From assembly GCF_009914755.1 (NCBI RefSeq), contig NC_060928.1: 64,000 nt of DNA; one strand, written 5' to 3'. Source of the stretch: the human T2T-CHM13v2.0 reference genome, Homo sapiens. The notes under the pieces were generated by a model. The model made no database searches. It was not told where the DNA came from and was given only the letters and a program-made list of their open reading frames with translations. Below are positions 53,620 to 64,000 of this stretch, in pieces. How positions within the stretch are numbered: position 1 is the first letter of the stretch; every line of letters begins with the position of its first letter. The position numbers were made by a program, and so were the translations under genes.

Positions 53620-56600
53620 TGTGATGGTTAATTCTGAGCGTCAACTTGATTGGATTGAAGAATGCAAAATATTGATCCTGGGTGTGTCTGTGAGGGTTTG
53701 CCAAAGAAGATTAACATGTGAAGTCAGTGGGCTCGGAAAGGCAGACCCACCCTTAATCTGAGTGGGCACCATCTAATTAGCTGCCAGTGTGGCTAGAATA
53801 TAAAGCAGGCAGAAAAAATGTGAAAAAAGTAAACTGGTTTAGCCTCCCAGCCTATATCTTTCTCCCATGCTGGACCTTTCCAGCCCTTGAATATCAGACT
53901 CCAAGCTCTTCAGTTTTGGGACTCAGACTGGCTTTCCTTGCTCCTCAGCTTGTAGATAGCTTAGGGGACCTTGTGATCATGTGAGTTAATATTTAATAAA
54001 TTCCCCTTTATATCTATCCTATTAGTTCTGTTCCTCTAGAGAACTCTGACTAATACAGATTTTGGTAGCAGGAATGGTTCTAGAGGAACAGAATATTAAG
54101 GATGGGTTTGTTTTTTTTTTTTTTCATTGTTTTTGGGGTTTCTGGAGTTGGTTGCTTAATATAATTAGACCCCAAAATGATAAGGACTCTACTTCTTACA
54201 GTATGGAAAACACTGACAGTCCTTGGCATGAACTGTTTAGAGAGTTATGCAAAATAAGTACATTTGGAAATGTTGATTCACCACTTGTGAGAGGCAAGGA
54301 GTTCAGTGAGCCTATACATAATATTTTTGACCACATGTGGAGAACCAAGGAACATAATGAAGCTGGTTGATTGCTCCTAAGTTCAGTGGACAAAGTGATG
54401 AAAGAAAATGATGAACTCAGGGATTCTACTTCCTGGCTTCAGAAGCAGATACTAAGTCTCAAATCTGCCAAAATTGCCCTGAGTGAGAGTCTTATCTCCT
54501 GTAGAGAAAGAGCTGAAATTGTGGAAAAAGAGACACAAGCTCTTATCATGGGAGTGGCTGACCTGCAATGAAAGGTGCATGCATAGCCTCTCCAGGTGTT
54601 TGCTGTTAAGGTGAGGGTATTGATTGGAAAAGAATGGGACCCTGCAACTTGAAATGGGGACATGTGGGAAGACCCTGATGAAGTTGGGGACACTGAGCTT
54701 GTAAACTCCAATGAACCTTTTTTGCCAGAAGGAGCAGCTTCCCCATCCCTGGTAGTGGCAACATCCCCTCCCCCACCCATGCTGCCATCAGACTTTCCAC
54801 CTTTGTCTGAGGAGAAAAACCCTGGGCTGCCTGAGGCAACAGTGATGGCCTCCCCTGAGGCAGTTGCCAGGTAAGATAATGTTGATTCTCCTCAGAAGCC
54901 ACCCCCAATATCCCTGTTTGCTTCTAGATTTATAACTAGATTGAAGTCCCAGCAGGCCCTAGAGGTGAGGTTGAGAGTATGACCCATGAGGAGGTGCACT
55001 ACACTTGAAAAGAACTGCTAAAGTTTTCTAATTTATATAAACAAAAATCTGAAGAACAGGCATGGAAATGGATATTAAGGGTGTAGGATAATGGTGGAAG
55101 GAACATAGAGTTGGGTCAGGCTGAATTTATTGATTTGGGCCCAATAAATATGGACTCTATTTCATGTTGCAGCTCAGGGAGTTAAAAAAAGGTTCTAAGA
55201 GTTTATTTTCTTGGTTAGCTGAAATATGGATTAAAAGATAGCCCACTGTGAGTGAGCTGGAAATGCCTGATCTCCCTTTGTTTTAATATAGAGGAAGGAA
55301 TCCAAAGACTTAGGGAGACTGGGATGGTAGTGTGGATTAGTCATTTTAGACCTACTCATCCCAGGTGGGAGGGTCCAGAAGATATACCCTTAACCAATGC
55401 CTTATGAAATAGATTTGTGAGGGCAGCACCTGCATCTTTGAAGGGTACTGTAATTGATCTTCTCTGTATGTCAGATCTAACAGTGGGAACCACAGTCACT
55501 CAACTACAAAATTTAAATACAATTTGAATAATTGGATCCCGAGGTGGCAGGGGCCAAGTGGTGGCAAACAACCATCAAAGGCAAGGTGAGCAGAGCTACT
55601 ATAATGGACAGCAGAGACAAAGCAGCATCAGAATAGTCTGAAAGGGAGGCAGTGTCCCCTTGAGGAAGGACCCCACTACACTACTGACAAATTATGCTGT
55701 TAATATTTCTCCCATCCTTCCCCCAGGATACCTTCAGCCTTTTACCAAGGTAACTGTACACTGGGGAAAGGGAAATGATCAGCCATTTTAGGGATTACTG
55801 GACACTGGCCCTGAGCTGATGTTGATTCCAGGGGACCCAAAATATCACTGTGGTCCTCCAGTTAAAGTAGGGGCTTATGGAGGTCAGGTACTTAATAGAG
55901 TTTTAGCTCAGGTCTGACTTACAGTGGGTCCAGTGGGTCCCTGGATTCATCCTGTGGTTATTTTCCCAGTGCCAGAATGCATAATTGGCATAGACATACT
56001 TAGCAGCTGGCAGAACCCCCACAATGGCTTCCTGACTGGTGAGATGAGGGCTAGTATGGTGGGAAATGCCAAATGGAAGCCATTAGAGCTGTATCTACCT
56101 AGATAAATAGTAAGTCAAAAACAATATTATATCCCTGGAGGGATTGTGGAGATTAGTGCCACCATGAAGAACTTGAAAGATGAAGAGGTGGTAATTCCCA
56201 CCACATCCCCATTTGATTATCCCATTTGGCCTGTGCAGAAGACAAATGGATCTTGGAGGATGACTGTGGATTATTGTAAGCTTTACCAAGTGGTGACTCC
56301 AATTGCAGCTGCTGTACTAGATGTGGTTTCATTTCTTGAGCAAATTAACACATCTCCTGGTACCTGGTATGCAGCCATTGACTTGGCAAATGCCTTTTTC
56401 TTCATTCCTGTCCATAGGCCCATCAGAAGCAATTTGCCTTTAGCTGGCAAGGCCAGCAATATCCCTTTACTGTCCTACCTCAGGGGTATATCAAGTCTCC
56501 GACTTTGTGTTATAATCTTATTCAGAGAGACCTTGATCACTTTTTGCTTCCACAAGAAATCTCACTGGTCCATTACCTTGATGACATTATGCTGATTGGA

Positions 56601-59600
56601 TTCAGTAAGCAAGAATTAGCAAGCACACTGAACTTATTGGTGAGACATTTGTGTGCCAGGGGATAGAAAACAAATCTGACTAAATTTCAGGGAACTTCTA
56701 CCTCAGTAAAATTTATAGGGGTTCAGTGGTGTGGGGCCTGTTGAGATATTCCTTCTAAGGTGAAGGGTAAGTTGTTCCATTCGGCCCCTCCTACAACCAA
56801 GAAAGAGGCATAACACCTAGTGGGCGTATTTGGATTTTGGAGGCAACACTTTCCTCATTTGGGTGTGTTACTCTGGCCCATTTATTGAATGACCTGAAAG
56901 GCGACCAATTTTGAGTGGGATCCAGAACAGGAGAAGGCTCCGCAACAGATCCAGGCTGTTGTGCAAGCTGCTCTGCCACTTGGGCCATATGACCCAGCAG
57001 ATCCAATGGCACTTGAGGTGTCAATGGCAGATAGGGATGTTGTTTGGAGCCTTTGGCAGGCTCCCATAGGTGAATCACAGTGGAGGCCTGTAGGATTTTG
57101 GAGCAAGACCCTGCCATCTTCTACAGATAACTAGTCTCCTTTTAAGAGACAGCTCTTGGCCTGTTACTGGGCTTTGGTAGAAACTGAACGTTTGACTATG
57201 GGTCATCAAGTCACCATGTGACCTGAACTGCCAATCATGAACTAGGTGCTTTCTGACCCACCTAGCCATAAAGTGGGTCATGCACAGCAGCATTCCATCA
57301 TCAAATGGAAGTAGTATATACGTGATCAAACTCAAGCAGGTCCTGAAGGCATGAGTAAGTTACATGAGAAAGTGTCTCAAATGTTCATGGTCTCCACTTC
57401 TGCCACCCTGCCTTCTTTCCCCCAGCCTGCACTGATGGCCTCATGAGGAGTTCCCTATGATCAGTTCACAGAGGAGGAGAAGACTAGGTAGGGCCTGGTT
57501 CACACATGGTTCTGCACAATATGCAGAAAGTGGACAGCTGCAGCACTACAGCCCCTTTCTAGGACATCTCTGAAGGACAGCAGTGAAGGAAAATCTTTCC
57601 AGTGGGCAGAACTTCTAGCAGTGCACCTGGTTGTGCACTTTGCATGGATGGAGAAATGGCCAGATGTGCAATTATATACTGATTCATGGGCAGTAGCCAA
57701 TGGTTTGGTTGGATGGTCAGGAACTTAAAAGAAGCATGATTGATAAATTGGTGACAAAGAAATTTGGGGAAGAGTTATGTGGATAGATCTTTCTGAGTGG
57801 TCAAAAACTGTGAAGATATTTGTTTCCCATGTGAGTGCTCACCAACAGGTGACCACAGCAGAGGAAGATTTTAATAATCAGGTGGATAGGATGGGATGAC
57901 CTGTTCTGTTGGCACCACTCAGCCTCTTTCCCCAGCCACCCCTGTCATCGCCCAATGGGCTCATGAACAAAGTGGCCATGGTGGCAGGGAGGGAGGTTAT
58001 GCATGGGCTCAGCAACATGGACTTCCGCTCACAAAGGCTGACTTGGCTATGGCCACTGCTGAGTGTCCTGTTTTTCAGCAGCAGAAACCAATACTGAGTC
58101 CTCAATATGGCACCATTCCTTGGGGTGATCAGCCAGCTACCTGGTGGCAGGTTGATTATGTTGGACCTCTTCTATCATTGAAAGGGCAGAGGTTTGTCCT
58201 TGCCTGAATAGACACTTACTCTGGATATGGGTTTGCCTATCCTGCACACAATGCTTCTGCCAGGACTACCATCTGTGGGCTCACGGAATGCTTTATCCAC
58301 CATCATGGTATTCCACACAGTGTTGCCTCTGACCGAGGCACTCACTTTACAGCTAAAGTAGTGAGGCAGTGGGCTCATGCTCATGGAATCTGCTGGTCTT
58401 ACCATGTTCCTCCATCATCCTGAAATAGCTGGATTGATAGAATGGTGGAATGGCCTTTTGAAGTCACAATTAAAATGGCAACTAGATGACAATACTTTGC
58501 AGGGCTGGGGCAAAGTTCTCCAGAAGGCCTTGTATGCTCTGAATCAGCATCCAATATATGGTACTGTATCTCCCATAGACAGGGTTCATGGGTCCAGGAA
58601 TCGAGGGGTGGAAGTGGACATGGCACCACTCACCATCACTCCTAGTGTATTACCATGCTCTGTGATTAAGGTCAATGGGAAACTACAACAACCCAATCCA
58701 GGCAGGACTACATATGGCCCAGACCCTTCAGAAATGAAGGTTTGGGTCACTCCACCAGAAAAAAAAACACTACCTGCTGAGGTGTTTGCTGAAGGCAAAG
58801 GGAACACAGAATGGGTACTAGAAGAGGGTAGTCATCAATACCAGCTATAAACACGTGACTAGCTGCAGAAATGAGGACTGTAATTGTCATGAGTATTTTA
58901 TTCTTCTTTTGTTAAAAATATGTTTGTGCGTGTATACATTTGCACTAAAAATTTTTTTCTTTTCTTTTTTTCTTTATTATGTGATTTCATTTATTGATTT
59001 CATTTCAGCATTTAAGTATTGTTAACTTTATGTAATAGTATTTTGGTTAGGGATTGGTGTGTTTCTGGTTGTACAAAGTATTGTTGTATTATGTTAGGCA
59101 TAATTATTACCTTATTATTGTCTTTATTTGAAGATTATGTATGATCTCAGGAGATGTGTATGGGTTCAAGTTGACAAGGGATAAACTTGTGATGGTTAAT
59201 ACGGAGTGTCAATTTGATTGGATTGAAGGATGCAAAGTATTGTCCCTGCTTGTGTCTGTGAGGGTGTTGCCAAAGGAGATTAACATTTGGGTCAGTGGGT
59301 TGGGGAAGGAAGACCCACCTTTAATCTGGTGGCCACAATCTAATCAGCTGCCAGCGAATATAAAGCAGGCAGAAAAATGTGAAAAAAACGAGACTGATCT
59401 AGCCTCCCGGCCTACATCTTTCTCTCATGCTGGGATAACATTATACTCCAAGTTCTTCAGTTTTGGGACTCAGACTGACTTTCCTTGCTCCTTAGCTTGC
59501 AGATGGCCTATTGTGGGACCTTGAGATCATGTGAGTTAATACTTAATAAACTCCCCTTTATATACCTATCTATCCTATTAGTTCTGTCCCTCTAGAGAAC

Positions 59601-59609
59601 TCTAATACA
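53620..59609 (+). mobile_element. HERV-L provirus with MLT2A-type LTRs (53620-54057 and 59188-59609); decayed gag-pro-pol
   Basis: LTRs tgtgatggttaat...taataca. Protease LLDTG at ~55795. RT motifs [26 protein letters not shown] and HYLDD (~56571). RNase H IYTDS. Integrase HEQSGH...C and WQVDY, plus sequence leading to GLIEWWNGLLK. Multiple stops and frameshifts. Confidence 0.95.
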
Positions 59610-61585
59610 AACTCTTTTTCCCCTCTTTCAATTTTCTTATTATCACGTTGAGATATATTTTAGGTTTTGTTTTTCTGATTTGAAACTTAACAGTCATAAT
59701 TAAATTAGGCAAAAACCCAATAGTGAAGTCTGTTGCTCCCTCTCTCTTTGTATGAGGCTATAATTAAATAATTATATATTGATTTAACAGAAATTGAAGG
59801 AGCTCAAAAACAAGGTAGGATAAGAGACAATGTATTGAATTTAGTCTCAGAATGTGACATGAATTAAGCCTTACTTTTTTCTTTATTCCTTTTAACTGCT
59901 CATTCATTCATTATATAAATAGACTAAATCCATTTATCACATAAGTTATTATTATGTATAGTTATTGCTGTTATTATTATTTTGTACCCTGTTGTCTTCA
60001 TGCGTAGAAAGGATTGAGCCAGCTGAGCAATCTCCAAGGTTATCTCAAAGACAATATTTCATTTTATTTTTGTCGTGAGAACCAGTGTTTTAGACTCTGT
60101 ATGACCTAAGACTGCTGGAAAGAAGGAAGATCTGGTTAAACTAACACAAAGAGCTCCTCAGAGTGTAGTTTTCTTACCTTTATTGCTTCCTTGAGTTCTT
60201 ATATTGTAGTGGAGACTGAGTCCTCCATACTGCCTGGGCTCTGATTAAAATAAGACCTCTGATATCACATGCAATGAAGAATAGAGAGTTCTAGTATGTA
60301 AAGCATTTTACATCTCCCAGTTGGATACTTCGGACTTGTGGTGAGTGAGTGATGGTACCTCACCTCTGGTGATGTTATGGTACTATTCATTTTAAACAAT
60401 GTCCTTCTCCTCCCTTTATAACACATGGTTACATCATTGTTCTGCCTGAAAAACAGCAGTGACTACCAGGATTAAATCTTTGTTGTGGGGATTATATGAA
60501 AGATTTTAAACAGTTCATTTCAGATACAATGGAGGGCTTCCTTCAATTACTACATCCAGTTAATAACAGAAATATTGATGGCAAAATATGTTAAGCTTAT
60601 CACTATTATAATAGTTTATTCTTCAAAACAGTTTGCACAAGAGCAGGAGAGGAGTCAAGACATTAACTTAAAGACTAAAAAGAGATTTGACCTTGGTTTT
60701 CTGAACTGGCAAAATAGGTTATCTAGCTCTATGCTCATTCAACGAACTAGAACATTCATGGAAGAAATCACTTCCTTGAAAATAAGATTAATTTGCAATA
60801 CATCCCACTCTAACACTGCAAATTTGCCACTGGCAAATTTGCAATCTTCACATATTTTATACTATCTTTTATCTATAGTCTGGATGTTCTGCCAAGCATT
60901 TATTTGGTATCATTAAACTGATAAATGGTCTTCAAGATATTTTCCACAATCATTCTGTAAACTCTGCAGAAATGGCCTTTCCCAGAATGAATAGCTATGA
61001 AATGCATTGGAATGCTAGTCAAATTTCAAACTTAAAAAAAAAAAAAAAAAAAAGAGTTACACACATTCAAAGCTACGAATTCTAGCTGCCAAAGACAATT
61101 ATCTTTGCTTTGGATATCCTAGTTATCTTTGCTAAAAGATATGAATACAAAAGCTGTGCATCCATAGTGAACTTAAGTCAGCATGGGGCTATAATGAAAT
61201 TATGCTTTACATTTATTAAAGGTTCATGGAGTTACCATAACAAACTACAGAAGCTAGAAAGCTCTGTTTTTTTTCTATTGTGTTTCCTCCAGCATAGCTT
61301 GATTTTTATCAAGGGTGTTGACATCATTTCCCTTCTAAGTGTCCATTGTTTAACTCTGGTGGAGAAGAACAGGAAAAGGGCAATATATTTATTTATATAA
61401 AAAACTCTAGGCAGGAAAATGCTTTCTTGGGTACTTTATTTCCTCATTGTGAAACATGAGGTTCTTATAAAAAGATAATGATGCTGTTTTACATCTTGAT
61501 ACATCTATTAACCCATATCACAGGCTAAAAGCATGGTAGATTTTTTTTCTATTCATGGAGTTATCACCTTACCTCCACATCACTT

Positions 61586-61697
61586 TTTTTTTTCTCAGTT
61601 GACAGATACTAATTGTGTATATGTATGGGGTACAATGTGATGTTTTGATCTATGTATACACTGTAGAAAGATTTCATCAAGCTAATTAATGTATCCA
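61586..61697 (-). mobile_element. Short old L1M(A) 3'-end insertion
   Basis: T-run followed by attgtgtatatgtatggggtacaatgtgatgttttgat. Flanking repeat cctccacatcacttt / cctcatatcacttt. Confidence 0.7.
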
Positions 61698-62199
61698 CCT
61701 CATATCACTTTTGACAGACACTTTTTGTTTTAAACATTACTTTTTATTCTTTCACAAATTCCAGAATGATATTTTGATATGAGGAGTCCCTGAAATTAAA
61801 GAAAAAGAAAAGAAAAAAAATCTAATACCCTCATGTTCAGTGAAGACTGAGTTGTCTTCTGAAATTCAACAATCCTTTCTTAGAACAAATCCAGCTAAAA
61901 TGGAAAGGATTAAATTTAGAGTTGATCAAAAGATTGGAGAAGGTTTGGGGTTTAGTTCGACTTAGAAATCAGGGAGAATGAAGTAATAATGAAAAAGTAA
62001 TAATTCCTAAAAGTATGCTTTAATCCCTATTTTTTTTTTCTCATTGCCATGGTCTCTTTTTCAGAAATGGGGTTCAGAAAACAAGGGCAGAATATGATGT
62101 TTTGGATCAGACTAGAAGTTACTTTTCTCTATATCCTTAATGATAGTGCACTGTGAGACATTTCTTTGGCCAACAGTGAATCTAAGGTTAATTCTTTCA

Positions 62200-62430
62200 C
62201 CTAATAAAAAATTGAACATTTATTGAGGCCTACCATGTTTTAATCACTCAGCTAAGTATTTTACTTGCATCAGTCATTTTATCCTCACAAAAACTCTGTG
62301 ATAGAACATTGGTTCTATTATTAACCCACATCACAGGCTAAGGAACAAGCAGGCTTGCCTAAATCATAGAGCTGGGATTCAAATCCGGGCAGTCTGACTT
62401 CAGGGCCTTCACTCTTAAAAACTGCTGTAC
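62200..62430 (-). mobile_element. MIR SINE
   Basis: aacatttattgaggcctaccatg...atcctcacaaaaactctgtga...gagctgggattcaaatccgggcagtctgact. Confidence 0.75.
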
Positions 62431-62501
62431 TGATTACCTAACGTGAGACGCTATTCACCAAATGCATCTGTTCTCAGTGACATTAATTTAAACGTATTTA
62501 A

Positions 62502-62850
<349 letters not shown>

Positions 62851-64000
62851 AAACCTCTATCTTTATGAAAACAAAATATTTGTCACCACCAAGATTCCAG
62901 GCACTGTGTTAAGAATTAGAGATATATAGATGTAAATAGTGCAGAGATTTTTCCTTCCTCCTTCTCAAAGTCTGGTCATGGAAGAAATTTCTCTATATAC
63001 TTATTTATTGGATTGTACGGTTTTAAAATAACTGTGCAGGGTCATCTAAGATCATAAATTGAAATGAGCTCGAGAATAGTTCTTAGATGCGGCTGACATG
63101 AAAATCTTATTTAACGCAATAAGCACGAATGATATTTACACATGACTGTGTAGTGATAAATTATTCATATTGTTCCATAATAAAATTGCTGTGCCTTTTC
63201 ATCAAGCAGGGTATAATATCTGACTGACAGGTACATGATAATTTTAATCCTATAGTATCCTAATAAACTTTTCCTTCAGTTTACAATCTCAGTGGGCGCT
63301 ATAGGTACTAACGCAGTAGCCTTATGTGAAAAGCATTCTTATGGGATGATATAAAACAAACACACACAGGCTTGAGGGCTAGAAGGTAGTGTTTTTATAT
63401 CACATCTGACCTTATAAGCAGTGGGACATTAAGCTAGTTACTTACCCTTTCTGTGTTTAGTATTAAAGAATAATTGAGAGGTAAGTAAAGCACATGACAC
63501 CATGAGTGAGTAGCACCATGTCCATCACAGCATGGGCTCTCAGTGTACACAGTCTCTTTTGCTAAGCCCCCAGATCTTGCAGTATTCATGGTCAAATGCA
63601 AGGAGGCTTAGTATAATATCTACAAAAAATGCTGTTGTTAGTGTCATCGTAGAAATGTACTCGATGGGAATAATATTATAAAGTCAGAGTCAAGCAGACT
63701 TGACTCACGTCTTTCCCTTGTTTCATATTCTTTCCAGATCCCTGGAAGAGGTGGTCCTTTACCCTCATTCCATTGTGTTTTCCTACTGGAACTTTATAAT
63801 GGAGAAATGATATTCCTATGACTATGCCTAGCCCTGGAGGCATAGGGATGACTCTGCTTGGGTCTTTCCAGCTCAGATATGGTGCTTATTAGGGGAGCAT
63901 TCTAAAATACGAAAATTAAAGAACACACACCAGATGAGCCCTGATCTGAGTCACTAGCCTGATTATCTTTTCTTCTTGTCTATGGCCACTGAAATCTTCT

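Noticed and set aside
54062-58850. Intact gag/pol proteins
   Set aside because: Broken by many stops and frameshifts; only short motif-bearing fragments remain.

Overview
Primate (human-like) AT-rich intergenic or intronic DNA dominated by retroelements. I find no intact protein-coding gene. It contains: (1) a full-length TUBA4A-derived processed pseudogene (-); (2) a full-length TECR-derived processed pseudogene (-); (3) a BC200 RNA retrocopy; (4) an old full-length L1MA-type LINE with target-site duplication (TSD), interrupted by a complete THE1 MaLR provirus; (5) a HERV-L provirus with MLT2A LTRs; (6) solo LTRs (MER39-like, MST, MLT1), Alus, a young L1PA 3' fragment, MIR/L2/Tigger relics and microsatellites. 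The most striking structure is 43846-46450. A MER11 (HERV-K11/HML-8) LTR, three strand-switching Alu pieces and the TECR cDNA are capped by an inverted 36-bp copy of the LTR's own 5' end. The block begins TG, ends CA and is flanked by a perfect 6-bp direct repeat (CTATAT). This looks like a host mRNA copy inserted by a retroviral integrase rather than by L1. Repeat family names and parent-gene matches come from recalled consensus sequences and were not checked by database search.
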